64,000 bases of DNA from an uncultured Lachnospiraceae bacterium (GTDB taxonomy: Bacteria > Bacillota > Clostridia > Lachnospirales > Lachnospiraceae), in contig CAJTQG010000007.1 of the NCBI GenBank assembly GCA_910578605.1, forward strand, positions 1,577-65,576, in the 5' to 3' direction. Each line of letters begins with the position of its first letter. The first letter of the stretch is position 1. Position numbers and translations under genes: made by a program. Below, piece after piece: positions 10,061 through 21,572 of the stretch. A model generated the notes under the pieces. That model saw only the letters and a list, made by a program, of their open reading frames with translations. It did not search any database and had not been told where the DNA came from.

Positions 10061-11599
10061 CTATTGGCTCTCTGGGCTCATAATTAACTCTACCTGGAAT
10101 ACTTTGTCCTGCCCAGGTACAACCTTATACGCCTCACTTAGCCGATAACCTATCACCCATATTATTTCACTTCCATCTGCTAACAACAATATATCATCTC
10201 GTTTTTCTGCGGGAATTTTACAATCAATAAAAAAATCCTTTAATTTCTTGTGCCCGCCAGACTTACAAACCGCAATCATATCCTTGCTTCTTCGAGTTCT
10301 AATTTGCAGACTATTTTTAATCTTATCACAATTCAGCCATTTCGTATAGGTATTTTCTGGGAAAATCACATTTTTTTCCTGAATTTTTTTTTCACAATAC
10401 CGAAAAACTGCCTCTGCCTCAGGTATATATACTTCTCCTGACATCCTTCCTTGTTCTAAAACAATCTCTACAACCTTGTTATTTTGCCGATTATTTTTCT
10501 TTTTATTCTCTTCTAAATCCCTTTTCAATGGGATTTCTTTCATTATACTATGAATCACTATATTTTTATCTATTTTCTTATCTATTGATTTTTTTTCTCC
10601 ACAAACATCCTTTATATTGGTCTTATAAAAAAAGATTTGCTCATATCCCACTCTTCCACGAACAAAATGAGGAAAATCCACAATACTTCCTGTTCTCCCC
10701 CTAAGCATAGCCACTGCCTGTACAATATGCACCATTGACACATCCTTTATCTTTCCCCCTGTACATTCCAGCGCCCTGCGCATCACACCTGACTGTATTG
10801 CCCCCGGCATCCCCCCAAGCTTTTTCTTATCAATTTCTAGTTCACCATTCCTATTCCATTTGCTCATCAAGACAAAAGCTTCCTCTATGCGTTCCTCCAT
10901 ATAATCCTGTATCTGCCTTTGCTGCCATGCCGCCTGAAGGACATGCTGACCTGCCTTGGCATTGACATTCTCTTCAAGCCATGGAAGCAATTGATTTCTT
11001 ATGCGGTTCCTCATATAAATATCCATTGCATTTGTAGAATCACTGCAATAGGAAATTTGATTTTCTTCTAACTCCTGCACAATTTCATTTTTTGTACAAA
11101 ACAGCAGAGGGCGGATAAGCTCTCCACTGACTGGCGCCATACCGCACAGTCCTTTGCTCCCACTCCCCCGAAACAAGTTCATCAAAACTGTCTCTATCTG
11201 GTCATCTCCGTGATGTGCTACCGCTATCCTGTCACAGCCATACTTTTTTGCAGTTGCCCTCATATGACGATAGCGCAGTATTCTCCCTGCCTCCTCATGA
11301 CTTATTTTATGTGTGCGGGCATATTTTGGAACATCCTCCAATCTCTCATAATATTGGATTCCCCACTTAGCACACAGCTCCTTGGCATAAGCTCTATCCC
11401 TGTCTGCCTCCTCCCCCCTGATGCCATGGTGCATATGGAACGCACACACCGAAAAATCATATTTGCCGCTCAGCCTAAAAAGCAATAAAAGCAGACAGAC
11501 AGAATCAGCGCCCCCGGACAAACCTACGAGAACGCTGCTTCCTGCTGCTACCATTTGATACTGCTCACATGTATTCCAAACCTTTTCTTCCAGATTCAT
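10061..11599 (-). CDS. tilS: tRNA(Ile)-lysidine synthetase
   Basis: SGGADS PP-loop motif near the N-terminus. The position upstream of ftsH matches conserved tilS-(hprT)-ftsH synteny. Confidence 0.85.
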   Translation of the reverse strand: MNLEEKVWNTCEQYQMVAAGSSVLVGLSGGADSVCLLLLLFRLSGKYDFSVCAFHMHHGIRGEEADRDRAYAKELCAKWGIQYYERLEDVPKYARTHKISHEEAGRILRYRHMRATAKKYGCDRIAVAHHGDDQIETVLMNLFRGSGSKGLCGMAPVSGELIRPLLFCTKNEIVQELEENQISYCSDSTNAMDIYMRNRIRNQLLPWLEENVNAKAGQHVLQAAWQQRQIQDYMEERIEEAFVLMSKWNRNGELEIDKKKLGGMPGAIQSGVMRRALECTGGKIKDVSMVHIVQAVAMLRGRTGSIVDFPHFVRGRVGYEQIFFYKTNIKDVCGEKKSIDKKIDKNIVIHSIMKEIPLKRDLEENKKKNNRQNNKVVEIVLEQGRMSGEVYIPEAEAVFRYCEKKIQEKNVIFPENTYTKWLNCDKIKNSLQIRTRRSKDMIAVCKSGGHKKLKDFFIDCKIPAEKRDDILLLADGSEIIWVIGYRLSEAYKVVPGQDKVFQVELIMSPESQ

Positions 11600-11655
11600 T
11601 GTACGCCATACCTTTCTGTCGCATATTATTATTACTTCTGTTTATATTTACATCC

Positions 11656-14112
11656 CTATGCCGCCGACTTGTTCCAAATTCCTGTCACCAACACGGTCAT
11701 ATCATCCGTCGGTACATTATCCACATGCTCCATTGCTTTTCTCAAAATCGCCCTTGCCATTTCTTTTGGATTTTTTAATTGTATATCCTGAATAATAGAG
11801 CTCATAGCATATTCCTTATTTTTTGCCTCCAACGCTTCCACAATACCGTCAGAAACCATTATTACATAATCTCCATCATATAATTTTTTGCTGGTGCTGT
11901 CAAGGTCCACCTGCCCAAGCACTCCCATTGGCATAGATGTACTTTTCATCACCTCCACCCAATTTCCTCTCTTAATAAATGTAGATGCTGCCCCCAACTT
12001 TACGAAATCACACATTCCCGAATATAAATCTATCACCCCCATATCCAAGGTGGTAGGGCCCTGAACCTGAGGATTCATCAGCAGACAGGAATTAATCAGC
12101 CTTAATGCCGCCTCCGTAGCAAAACCACACTCCAACATCTGCCCTAACAACTCCATCACCATGGCGCTGTCATGGTTTGCCTCCAGACCAGAGCCCATCC
12201 CGTCCGACAATCCGATAAAAAACTGTCCGTTTTCCAATTGCGATACAATAAAATTATCACCGGATATTCTCTCTTTGTCCTTCACCTTTTTTACACACCC
12301 ATGAAGCACACGAAATTTTGTGTCCTCACGAAAAGTAATGCTTACCTCCTCCTGTCCGATTACATTTCTGCTGTCCGCCGCCATTATCATATCCATCTCC
12401 ATACATTCGCCCAATAAATTGGCGGCCTCCTTTGTAGTAATACAATTTCCTCTCTCCGCTCTCAAAGTTAATATCATCTCTCTGTTGTGACGCCTGTCCT
12501 CCAGCATTGTCATTCTTTTTATCACCATCTTGGCACTCTTAAATCTTTTTCGTATGTACTCCTCCCTCTCCTGGGGGATAGACACCATAATGTACTCATC
12601 GCTTGTGCAGCTCTGGAGAATCTGGGACATTTCCTGAAGCTGGAGGGCCACCGCCTCCCTAGAGTCCATCAACTTATTTTTCCACAGCAAGTCCAGCCTT
12701 GCCTTTTCCAAATCATGGTTAACATCTATTAAAAACCGTTCTATATCACTGCACTCATCCACAAAGACATCTGGTATATCCCCCCTGTCCAGCACGCCCT
12801 TTCTTTTTGCCTTTGTAGCCATTTTTTTTAAGTTTCGCATCAATTCATCTCTCTTTTTTGCCCTTATCTCGTTTTGCTGCCTTAACTCCTCCATCCGCTG
12901 CCGCCTTTTTTGCTGTCTTAACTCCTCCAAGAGCAAAGGAGGCATCCCTTGAAACACGCCCTTTTCCTCCTCCATCTCCATTTCCTGCTGAATTTCCATC
13001 TCTATCTCCCCAGGAAGCTCATCCACAAACATAATTTCATACTTGTCCATCACACTGGCCGCATGTTCATTTACAATTTCATTTACCTGCCGCATGGCAA
13101 GTCCCTTTACTTGAGTTGGAATCTCCCACAGGGTTCCCGCCATATGCCCAAAGAGCTCTGCTATATGCTGTATTTGACTGTGATTTTCCAATATCACCTC
13201 CTCAGGAGGCTCCTCCTTTTTCTTGGCATGATAGACAAATGCTACGCTGGAAGGCAAAAGCATAAACACCACACCGGAAGCTAAGAAGCCTTGTATCCAT
13301 CCATTTTCCAAAAGCACCGGACAATAATTGTACCCAATCATCAGAACTCCAAACAGTACTCCTAATATGCTAGTAAGGCGCCCTAACTCTCGAAAAGCTC
13401 CCGCAAAAATTCCCAATATCCCCAGAAAACCTATCATTTCCAAATTTCCTGTGGCAAGTCCCCACACTATGCCGCAGGCAGTTCCCGTGACGGCACCCAT
13501 CCCCACACCATATTTAAAGCCTAACAGCAGCAGGGATGTGTAGATAAATGTCTGCGTCAAGGCAAATGGCAATGTAGTCTTATCACTGATAAAAAACAAA
13601 CTGATTCCTACAATAGATGCCATACTGATAATTTCTTCCCCCGAAAAATCCATATGAGAGTTATGCTCCAATATTCCTTCCATGCCTACACTAAAAATAA
13701 CTGTCAATGCAAAAGTCAATATTCCAACCGCCAGCTCCATCACCATCTCTTTCCCAGTGGCCGTACTAGACATTGCCTGCATAATAGTATCGGTCCATTC
13801 CATTATTGTTATGGAAACTCCGGCAAACAGGGCATATAAATAATAATTTTTTTGCTTTGTTCTGTATTCCGCCAAAGCCACAGAGCAAACAAGCACCAAC
13901 ATGGCCATAGTGTATTTGAGTACCTCCATAAAGCTCATAGACCAAGCTGCCCCCGCCACATAGAGCAGCAGCGTCAGCACTCTCATGCCGCAGTTGCCGT
14001 AAAGCGCCGCAAAATACCCCATTCCAATGGGAAAATATCCCATCACCATGCTGGTAGTCATCACCAGACCAATTATCTGCAGTAAAATTTCCTTTCCCTT
14101 TTTTTGATACAT
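11656..14112 (-). CDS. spoIIE: stage II sporulation protein E (PP2C phosphatase with polytopic membrane domain)
   Basis: About 10 N-terminal TM helices plus a C-terminal PP2C-like domain (GLSDGMGSG). An RBS (GGGGAGG) favours the ATG at 14112 (MYQKKGK…). Confidence 0.85.
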   Translation of the reverse strand: MYQKKGKEILLQIIGLVMTTSMVMGYFPIGMGYFAALYGNCGMRVLTLLLYVAGAAWSMSFMEVLKYTMAMLVLVCSVALAEYRTKQKNYYLYALFAGVSITIMEWTDTIMQAMSSTATGKEMVMELAVGILTFALTVIFSVGMEGILEHNSHMDFSGEEIISMASIVGISLFFISDKTTLPFALTQTFIYTSLLLLGFKYGVGMGAVTGTACGIVWGLATGNLEMIGFLGILGIFAGAFRELGRLTSILGVLFGVLMIGYNYCPVLLENGWIQGFLASGVVFMLLPSSVAFVYHAKKKEEPPEEVILENHSQIQHIAELFGHMAGTLWEIPTQVKGLAMRQVNEIVNEHAASVMDKYEIMFVDELPGEIEMEIQQEMEMEEEKGVFQGMPPLLLEELRQQKRRQRMEELRQQNEIRAKKRDELMRNLKKMATKAKRKGVLDRGDIPDVFVDECSDIERFLIDVNHDLEKARLDLLWKNKLMDSREAVALQLQEMSQILQSCTSDEYIMVSIPQEREEYIRKRFKSAKMVIKRMTMLEDRRHNREMILTLRAERGNCITTKEAANLLGECMEMDMIMAADSRNVIGQEEVSITFREDTKFRVLHGCVKKVKDKERISGDNFIVSQLENGQFFIGLSDGMGSGLEANHDSAMVMELLGQMLECGFATEAALRLINSCLLMNPQVQGPTTLDMGVIDLYSGMCDFVKLGAASTFIKRGNWVEVMKSTSMPMGVLGQVDLDSTSKKLYDGDYVIMVSDGIVEALEAKNKEYAMSSIIQDIQLKNPKEMARAILRKAMEHVDNVPTDDMTVLVTGIWNKSAA

Positions 14113-14185
14113 AAGTATCCTCCCCTTCTTCATAATTTTTCGCCCTGGTGCAATGAATATTTTCTCTATTCACAGTACTTTCATA

Positions 14186-14222
14186 GCAAACAAAAAGACA
14201 TGCACCTTGGGTGTGCATGCCA
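14186..14222 (-). terminator. intrinsic terminator downstream of divIC
   Basis: Minus strand: GCATGCACACCCAAGGTGCATGTC followed by TTTTTGTTTG. Confidence 0.5.
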
Positions 14223-14369
14223 TTATAGCCGCTGTGCTATTCTTTTTTTGTCAAACGAAAGAAGAAAAATCTAATAATTTTTAGACAAAAACACGTTCAA
14301 ACCTTCATTTGAATCGAATGGAGGGATTTCATTTTTATTAAGAAATTCATCTTAATAACTTGCTGCTAA

Positions 14370-14669
14370 CTATTCCGCCGGCTTAAAAATTATCTCATCC
14401 GGATATACAAGCCCAAGCTTTTTTGCCATTTCCTCCACATATTGTTTTGTCTGAACGTATACTCTTTTCTCTTCCAGTTCCTTGGAACGCTCCTGTTCCT
14501 CGGAAAGCCGTTCCTCAAGCTCCTGCTCTCTTGCTTCCAACTGGTTATTTTTTTCTTTCAACCCGTCGGTGCGAATCGCTATCACTGCACAGAAAGCAAT
14601 CACCACAATGGTAATACCAAGCATTCCCAGTCTGTTAGAGTTCCTTTTTCCCCTTGCCATCTCTTTCAC
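14370..14669 (-). CDS. divIC: septum formation initiator (FtsB/DivIC family)
   Basis: 99 aa with a single TM segment followed by a coiled coil (QLEAREQELEERLSEEQER). It sits in the yabP-yabQ-divIC position. Confidence 0.7.
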   Translation of the reverse strand: MKEMARGKRNSNRLGMLGITIVVIAFCAVIAIRTDGLKEKNNQLEAREQELEERLSEEQERSKELEEKRVYVQTKQYVEEMAKKLGLVYPDEIIFKPAE

Positions 14670-15183
14670 CTCTTTTTGAACTTAATTTATCCTCTGCATG
14701 CTGCTTTCTCATCTCGTCCTTTAACCTTTGTCTCTTTATTTTGTCGTTTTTTCTTTTTTGCCTTTTTTCATTTAGTTTTTGCTTGTGTCTTATTCTAACC
14801 ATTTTTATAAAATTTTTCAATGGTTTTAGCAATCTTTTTATTTGCCTGCCGAAAAAACGAAGAGGTGAAAGTAAAAATTGAATAAACTTTGACACATACT
14901 TAACAAGCAGCTTGCTTATAGTAGCAAAATATAAGTATGCCCCCATTCCAATGCCTGCCAGATGATACCAGCGGATATTGCCACTGTTTTTACGCAAAAT
15001 AAGAGAAAACACTAATATACCACACACAAGCCAGTAACATACATCTTGGGCACCTACCGACCATTTCTGCTGCCTGCATACTCTTCTAAATATTCTTAGA
15101 ACATCATAGCCAACAGAAAGAATCATTCCACACACCATGGAATCCCAAAGCAGCTGAAGTTCATATATAATTTCATCACTCAT
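14635..15183 (-). CDS. yabQ: spore cortex biosynthesis protein YabQ-like membrane protein
   Basis: Small polytopic membrane protein with a basic C-terminal tail, immediately downstream of yabP. Confidence 0.6.
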   Translation of the reverse strand: MSDEIIYELQLLWDSMVCGMILSVGYDVLRIFRRVCRQQKWSVGAQDVCYWLVCGILVFSLILRKNSGNIRWYHLAGIGMGAYLYFATISKLLVKYVSKFIQFLLSPLRFFGRQIKRLLKPLKNFIKMVRIRHKQKLNEKRQKRKNDKIKRQRLKDEMRKQHAEDKLSSKRGERDGKGKKEL

Positions 15184-15509
15184 CGAAATAACCTGCTCAA
15201 TACCGATTCGCTTTTCTTGGCAAAATTAGTCACCTCTGAATAGGTCAGGCTGTCCACTCTGCCCTCAATATCCACCTCTCCCTTTTCCACATTAATTCGG
15301 TTTACATGAAGATCCTCCCCCTTGATATGAAGCATCCCCTGCTGGGTCTCCAAAAGCACTTCCTTTAAATCAAATGAAATCACATCACTGATTCCCGTCA
15401 AGACAGCAGAATTCCTATTATTCAATGATAATTTATGACTGCCCACCCTAGGCTGGGGCTTGCCTGTTCTCTCTTCCATATTTGTGATCCTCGCTTTCCT
15501 AATAAACAT
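15180..15509 (-). CDS. yabP: sporulation protein YabP
   Basis: 109 aa; HKLSLNNR…LTGI…SFD…LLETQQGMLHIKGEDLHVNRINVEKGEVDIEGRVDSL matches the YabP family pattern. Confidence 0.75.
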   Translation of the reverse strand: MFIRKARITNMEERTGKPQPRVGSHKLSLNNRNSAVLTGISDVISFDLKEVLLETQQGMLHIKGEDLHVNRINVEKGEVDIEGRVDSLTYSEVTNFAKKSESVLSRLFR

Positions 15510-15648
15510 TTTTACGCTTTACAATACTTTTCATTATATCTTTTGATTGCTAATTCCAATCTATGAAAGCAAGGACACATTTATTCTTTATTTATCTTAT
15601 ATTTCTCTTTTCACAAATAGACTCCATTTGAAATTCATAAGAATACTA

Positions 15649-15888
15649 CTACAGCTCCTTGTACATTTCCTTCGCATCCTCCTTGCGAACCGCCTGGGCA
15701 ATATCTGTAACCTCTACCTTTACACTGCGGGTTCCAAACTGAATCTCAATCACATCTCCCACCTTTACATTCAGAGAAGCCTTGGCTGTCTTTCCGTTTA
15801 CCAGCACTCTGCCTGCGTCACATGCCTCATTGGCTACGGTTCTTCTCTTAATCAATCTAGATACCTTTAAATATTTATCTAATCTCAT
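15649..15888 (-). CDS. S4-domain RNA-binding protein (YabO/Hsp15-like)
   Basis: 79 aa; MRLDKYLKVSRLIKRRTVANEACDAGRVLVNGK is a classic S4 fold. Confidence 0.8.
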   Translation of the reverse strand: MRLDKYLKVSRLIKRRTVANEACDAGRVLVNGKTAKASLNVKVGDVIEIQFGTRSVKVEVTDIAQAVRKEDAKEMYKEL

Positions 15889-16088
15889 ATTTATTCACAT
15901 ATTTTCCTTTCTGCTTATTCTAGTCTCATATATTTCTATGTTGTTTCTATATTTACACCTGTATTCCCAAAGATTTTTCTATATAAAACAAAAAATCAAG
16001 AGGAATTGTGTACATGTTAATGGATTAAGTAAAAGAAAAAATGCCTTGCTTATACAAGCAAAGCATTTTCCTTTTGTCATGATCCACT

Positions 16089-16364
16089 CTAGCTATTGAC
16101 TTCGTCCTTTAACTGCTTACCAGCCTTGAACTTAGGAGCCTTGGAAGCGGGAATATTCATTGTCTCACCTGTCTGTGGGTTTCTTCCTTCTCTTGCAGCT
16201 CTCTCAACTACCTCGAAAGTACCAAAACCTACTAACTGGATTTTCTCACCTTTCTTCAACTCTTCTGTAACTACATCAATAAATGCTTTTAATGCTTTTT
16301 CAGAATCCTTTTTTGATAATTCTGTCTTTTCAGCGATTGCTGCTACTAATTCAGCCTTGTTCAT
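16089..16364 (-). CDS. hup: DNA-binding protein HU
   Basis: 91 aa; [32 protein letters not shown]…[22 protein letters not shown] is an HU/IHF signature. Confidence 0.9.
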   Translation of the reverse strand: MNKAELVAAIAEKTELSKKDSEKALKAFIDVVTEELKKGEKIQLVGFGTFEVVERAAREGRNPQTGETMNIPASKAPKFKAGKQLKDEVNS

Positions 16365-16760
16365 GGATTGACTCCTCCTCTGTTATATTATTTTCAATTC
16401 GCTCTTTCTTTCAAAGAAAGCTTTGTGGAATGGGCTTTTACGCTCAAACCTTCCTGTTTATTTATAACTGTTTCCCGACCGTTTGTCAAGAAATTTTCAT
16501 GAATTTATTAGGCTTTCTCACTAAAAAAGAACTTTTCTAGCACTTATTATTTATAAATATACGAAAATTATTACAGTTATCAGATATTTTTTGATTTTTT
16601 CAGCATTTATCTGCCAGCTTTACATTTCACAATTTTCTGCTTTTATGCTTGTTTTTCAAGGTTTTTACAATATTTTAATCATATAATAATTGTTTTCCTA
16701 GCCTCTGTATGCTAAAATATTGGCATAATTTTTAAAAATTTTTTATATGGAGGACCTGTT

Positions 16761-18116
16761 ATGACCATCTCAAATGAATTAAAAACTCAAGTGCATGAAC
16801 AAGTAAACCACGTAAAAAGCAAGCTTACTATTTATCATTATCTTCACATGCAATTTATACGTGTTGGTTTTATTGTAGGCATTTTAATGAGTATCTTAGG
16901 AATCTTTGCCATCTATGAAGGGATTAAACTTGCCAAGTTAGATACCACTCACAAGCTTCCCTCTAGCACACGAATCGGCCTATCAATATGTATTATAGCC
17001 GCCTTTGTTATTATATGTATTGTAATCATTGATTTGTTCCTTAGAAAGATTGTCGTCCAAACTCTCAAGCGAATCAATACCCCCATACATATTATGGATG
17101 ACATTATGAGCAAAATTGCCGCCGGAACACTGGACAAAAAATCAAATTATACCTATAAAGATGAATTTAGCGACATGATGACAAACGCTGACAAGGCAAC
17201 TGCTGAGCTGGCCTATTATGTTAATAATATATCGGAAACCCTGCAGGAACTAAGCAATAAAAATATGAATGTTCAGGTGAACCAAGATTATATCGGAGAT
17301 TTTTCAAAAATACAGTCATCTATGCTGAATATTATTGACAGCTTAAATACAACCTTGGGGGAAATCAAGGCAGCATTTTCCCAAGTGAGTGAGGGCGCAA
17401 ACTCTCTAGCCTCCTCCTCCCAGGCTATTGCTGCTGGTGCTGAGCTCCAAGAAAGTCATATTCGCTCTCTCGTTGACAATATTAAACAGATTTCTGATTC
17501 CGTACACAACAATACCATTGCTGCACAGAGCGTAGAAAGGCTTTCTCAGGATTCCATGAAACAAATGTTAGACAGTGAACATAAGATGGATGAATTATCC
17601 AGCGCTATGGATGTTATTCGCAAGGAATCCGATGAAATCGGAAATATTCTCACCCTGATTTCCGGTATTGCAGAGCAGACCAACCTGCTGGCTTTAAACG
17701 CTTCTATAGAAGCAGCCAGGGCAGGAGAACACGGAAAGGGCTTTGCCGTTGTGGCAGGAGAAATTGGAACGCTGGCAAGCTCCAGCGCCCAAGCAACCCA
17801 AGATATTGCTCAGCTGATTCACAGCAGCATGACAGCAGTAGATAACGGTGTTAGCCTATCCCAGGAAACTATTACCATGATTAAGGGCATGACCTCCACC
17901 AACGCCGAAATTTCCGACAGCATCACAGCTATTACAAACCGCAGCAAAAAGCAAGATGAATACTTAAAAAATATGCTGGAATCTGCAGATGAAATATCCG
18001 CCGTTGTTGACCAAAACACTGCTGCTGCTCAGGAAAGCTCCGCCCTTTCAGAAGAATTATTAGAACAGACTGACAGTGTAATGTCTATGATTAACCAATA
18101 TCAATTAAAAGACTAA
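16761..18116 (+). CDS. methyl-accepting chemotaxis protein
   Basis: Two TM segments, a HAMP domain, and the MCP signalling domain ([26 protein letters not shown]). Confidence 0.85.
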   Translation: MTISNELKTQVHEQVNHVKSKLTIYHYLHMQFIRVGFIVGILMSILGIFAIYEGIKLAKLDTTHKLPSSTRIGLSICIIAAFVIICIVIIDLFLRKIVVQTLKRINTPIHIMDDIMSKIAAGTLDKKSNYTYKDEFSDMMTNADKATAELAYYVNNISETLQELSNKNMNVQVNQDYIGDFSKIQSSMLNIIDSLNTTLGEIKAAFSQVSEGANSLASSSQAIAAGAELQESHIRSLVDNIKQISDSVHNNTIAAQSVERLSQDSMKQMLDSEHKMDELSSAMDVIRKESDEIGNILTLISGIAEQTNLLALNASIEAARAGEHGKGFAVVAGEIGTLASSSAQATQDIAQLIHSSMTAVDNGVSLSQETITMIKGMTSTNAEISDSITAITNRSKKQDEYLKNMLESADEISAVVDQNTAAAQESSALSEELLEQTDSVMSMINQYQLKD

Positions 18117-18294
18117 ATCCTTCCCCATTCACAATAAGAACAATTTAAGAGTACAGAATACTTTCAGACAAAAAAGATGTTGTTTCCATTTATATTAATG
18201 AGACAACATCTTTTCCTATTGATTTTATAGCCTATATGTTTAAAGCCTACACGAAAGTCCATATATTTCACAAAATTATATTTCTTATTCTTTC

Positions 18295-18846
18295 CTATCC
18301 TTCCATTTGACGTCCCAGAAATGTAGCAGCTACCCCTGCCAGCTTATTTTCCGTATCACTCATTTGATTCTTTGTATCTTTTCCCATAATCACTACACAG
18401 CCAATCACATCTCCCTCACATATAATCGGATAAATTACTTGAGAAACAGACACATCCATCTCATCCTCTGGAGTAAGGGGCAGTGGATTGCGGTTATCCT
18501 TGCTGGTATTTAAAGTTCCCCTCTCAGACATTAAATCCTCCAAATGAGGGCTGATTGCCTTACCTATATAATCTTTTTTTAACCCCCCTGCTGTAGCTAT
18601 AATTTGGTCCCTGTCGGTGATTGCCACCAAGTGCCCTGCAATATGAGCCAAACTCTCCGCATACTCCTTCGCAAAGCTGCTTAATTCACCGATAGGTGAA
18701 TACTTTTTTAAAATAACTGTTCCGTCTGTATCTGTATATATTTCCAGGGGATCACCTTCCCGAATCCTAAGAGTTCTTCTGATTTCTTTTGGAACTACCA
18801 CTCTTCCTAAATCGTCTATTCGACGTACAATTCCTGTTGCTTTCAT
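18295..18846 (-). CDS. spoVT: stage V sporulation protein T (AbrB-N plus GAF)
   Basis: N-terminal AbrB-type swapped-hairpin domain (MKATGIVRRIDDLGRVVVPKEIRRTLRIREGD) plus a GAF-like C-terminal domain; 183 aa. Confidence 0.85.
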   Translation of the reverse strand: MKATGIVRRIDDLGRVVVPKEIRRTLRIREGDPLEIYTDTDGTVILKKYSPIGELSSFAKEYAESLAHIAGHLVAITDRDQIIATAGGLKKDYIGKAISPHLEDLMSERGTLNTSKDNRNPLPLTPEDEMDVSVSQVIYPIICEGDVIGCVVIMGKDTKNQMSDTENKLAGVAATFLGRQMEG

Positions 18847-18989
18847 TTAAAAAATTCCTCCATTTACAAATTCTAGTTTAATATAAACCTAGTATCTGTA
18901 AAGGGAGAAATTTTATACCTTATTTATCATTCAAAAAATGATAGTTTTTATCAAACAATTCAAACTTATTCTGAATCGTTTTATTTCAA

Positions 18990-19295
18990 TTATTGTATAT
19001 TTCCTTCCTTACAAATGTACTCATACAATGCCTTTGGCATTTTAAATTCTAACGGTGTCTGCCTGGAATTTCCAATCGCAACATACGTCCCATCTTCGCT
19101 AATACCAAGCATAGCTCTTCCATTATGGAAATCTACCCATATCTCTGCATGCTCCCCCTGGGGTACATTTGCTATTTCCCATGAAATAGAGCACTGTGAT
19201 ACAATATTGGCTATTATTTTCTCATCTTTAATTTCTATTGTATCCTTTCCCTCCTGAGATATACTAATTTTCTCTGGCTTAGGATATTCAAACAT
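18990..19295 (-). CDS. hypothetical protein
   Basis: An RBS (GGGGAGGG) favours the start at MFEYPKPEK; no known motif. Confidence 0.35.
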   Translation of the reverse strand: MFEYPKPEKISISQEGKDTIEIKDEKIIANIVSQCSISWEIANVPQGEHAEIWVDFHNGRAMLGISEDGTYVAIGNSRQTPLEFKMPKALYEYICKEGNIQ

Positions 19296-19740
19296 GCCTG
19301 TTCCCTCCCCGCCTTTTACTCTTTCACTATCAGCTTCTTTATTTTTTTCGATGCCATAAACACCACCCAATGATTCTTATATGTGGGATGGGATGCTAAA
19401 CCTACAATAACAGGACACTTTACATCTATTTTATTTTTAATCTTAGATAATACTTTCTTCGGATCATCTGATCTCAAATAATTTTTTATCCATGAACAGT
19501 ATTAAATTTACAATTATATTTCATATTTTCAATTATAAATTTTACTGACATAGTATACATAACAAACAAATAAAAGCTACAAAGAATTTTATCTTTGTAG
19601 CTGAATCATCTTGGAATATTATCATTATTGATTATATATGTCAACCGCCCTATATCGACATTTTTTTCTAGTTACAATTCTATAAAATTTCCTCTTACTT
19701 TTTATTCATTCAATCACCTGATACAATTTATTTAAATACA

Positions 19741-19781
19741 CAAAAACAAATCCCCCTGTCTGTCACACCAAACAAGGGGAT
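19741..19781 (-). terminator. intrinsic terminator downstream of the che-like operon (after Hpt gene)
   Basis: Minus strand: CCCCUUGUUUGGUGUGACAGACAGGGGG followed by AUUUGUUUUUG. Confidence 0.5.
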
Positions 19782-19837
19782 AAAATACATATTAAACTAT
19801 TTTTTATTCCGTTATAAATCACCGCTGCATAGTTACT

Positions 19838-20191
19838 TTATTCCATATACTTTTTAATGCACTGAATAATCTCCTTCTGTACAGGCAGTACCTCCTCAAG
19901 AATTGGCTTTGCTTTCTCCGGCTCTCCAGCCCGCAGTAAGTTTACAATCTCAGTGTAAGCCTTATAAATAGGTGTAATGGAAAGATTTCCCGCTGTTCCC
20001 TTAATAGCATGTGCCTTTTCAATCTCCTGTGCATAATCATTCATATCGAAATCGGGGGATACGCTATGGGTGTCAATTGCCTTCACAAAGGAACCAAGAA
20101 GTCTTTTATACAAGTTCTCATTTCCGCCAAGACGTTTCAAACCATCATCAATATCCACACCTAACGTTTTTAACTCTTCAAACAAAGTCAT
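19838..20191 (-). CDS. Hpt (histidine phosphotransfer) domain protein
   Basis: 117 aa single domain with the HAIKGTAGNLS phosphohistidine motif. Confidence 0.75.
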   Translation of the reverse strand: MTLFEELKTLGVDIDDGLKRLGGNENLYKRLLGSFVKAIDTHSVSPDFDMNDYAQEIEKAHAIKGTAGNLSITPIYKAYTEIVNLLRAGEPEKAKPILEEVLPVQKEIIQCIKKYME

Positions 20192-20210
20192 ATATGGGCA
20201 CCTCCCTTAT

Positions 20211-21560
20211 TTAATATTTTCCAAAATCATCTCCCAATGAAATCACTGGTTCGCTTGAACCGGATGCAGAAGATGGAGAATAGGATGATGTATTATGGTA
20301 TGTGGAACCGCCATTGCTTGTTCCCAAATTGTAAATGGAGAGCATCTCTCTCATTCTAGAAGCCTGGTTGGACAGTTCTTCGCTGGCTGCCGCACATTGT
20401 TCGCTTGTAGCAGAATTGCTCTGAACTACTTGTGAAACTTGTGCAATGGCCTGCTCAATCTGTGATACTGCGGTTGCCTGATAATTAGAGGATTCCGCAA
20501 TGCCATTGATAATTACTTCACTCTCCTGTACTCTGTTTGTAATGGCTTCTAAAGCATGTGCTGTATTATCTACAATCTTAGAACCAGAACCAACCTTTTC
20601 AATAGAATCCTCAATCAATTCTGTTGTCTCTGCTGCTGCAGATGCACTTCTAGCTGCAAGGCTTCTAACCTCCTCTGCCACTACGGCAAAGCCTTTTCCT
20701 GCCTCACCTGCTCTGGCAGCCTCAACTGCTGCATTTAAAGCAAGAATATTTGTCTGGAATGCAATATCATCAATTACTTTAATAATCTTTGAAATACTGT
20801 CAGATGACTTGTTGATATCCTGCATAGCCTTCATCATATCCTGCATCTGCTGATTTCCCATCTTTACGTCATCAATTACTTTAACTACAAGGTTTGCAGC
20901 AGAATTTGCCTGCTCTGCATTCTGTTTTGTCTTCTCTGCAATCTCGTCGATAGATGCGGTAATCTCCTGAATAGCGCTTGCCTGCTCAGTAGAGCCCTGA
21001 GCCAAAGCCTGGCTGGCACTTGCCACCTGTGAAGAGCTGATTGTAACTTGTGAACCTGCATCACTGATATTTGTCAGCGCATTTAAGTTGTCATCCACTA
21101 ATTTCTTTAAGGAATTGCCCAACACATCATCTGCAGACTTTGGAACTACTGTGATAGTCAGATTACCGTTTGACACCTCTTCCGCAATCTTTGCCTGATA
21201 CTTAATGTTGTCAATTACCTTGTTGTACTCATCTACCAAATCACCAAACTCATCATTATTATACTTTACCAAGTCAATGTCTACCTGACCCATAGCAATG
21301 CGCTTTGCAGCATCTGATAACTGAATAACAGCCCTCTCAATTGCCTTGATTAAAAGCACTGCCATCACAATTGTAATGACAGAGCACACTACCATCAATA
21401 CAATTGTAAAAATAGTTGAATTTACTAAATATCTTTCTTGATCTTCTGCCTTCAGTGCGCCTTTTGTTGTGGAATTGCCAAGCAGCACATTGATAATCAT
21501 CAGTAAAATAGGAACCGCAAATCCTATAATCATCTTCGTTTTCATCTTCATGTCTCTCAT
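20211..21560 (-). CDS. methyl-accepting chemotaxis protein
   Basis: TM segments, a HAMP domain, and the MCP signalling domain ([31 protein letters not shown]). Confidence 0.85.
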   Translation of the reverse strand: MRDMKMKTKMIIGFAVPILLMIINVLLGNSTTKGALKAEDQERYLVNSTIFTIVLMVVCSVITIVMAVLLIKAIERAVIQLSDAAKRIAMGQVDIDLVKYNNDEFGDLVDEYNKVIDNIKYQAKIAEEVSNGNLTITVVPKSADDVLGNSLKKLVDDNLNALTNISDAGSQVTISSSQVASASQALAQGSTEQASAIQEITASIDEIAEKTKQNAEQANSAANLVVKVIDDVKMGNQQMQDMMKAMQDINKSSDSISKIIKVIDDIAFQTNILALNAAVEAARAGEAGKGFAVVAEEVRSLAARSASAAAETTELIEDSIEKVGSGSKIVDNTAHALEAITNRVQESEVIINGIAESSNYQATAVSQIEQAIAQVSQVVQSNSATSEQCAAASEELSNQASRMREMLSIYNLGTSNGGSTYHNTSSYSPSSASGSSEPVISLGDDFGKY

Positions 21561-21572
21561 AAATCATACCTC

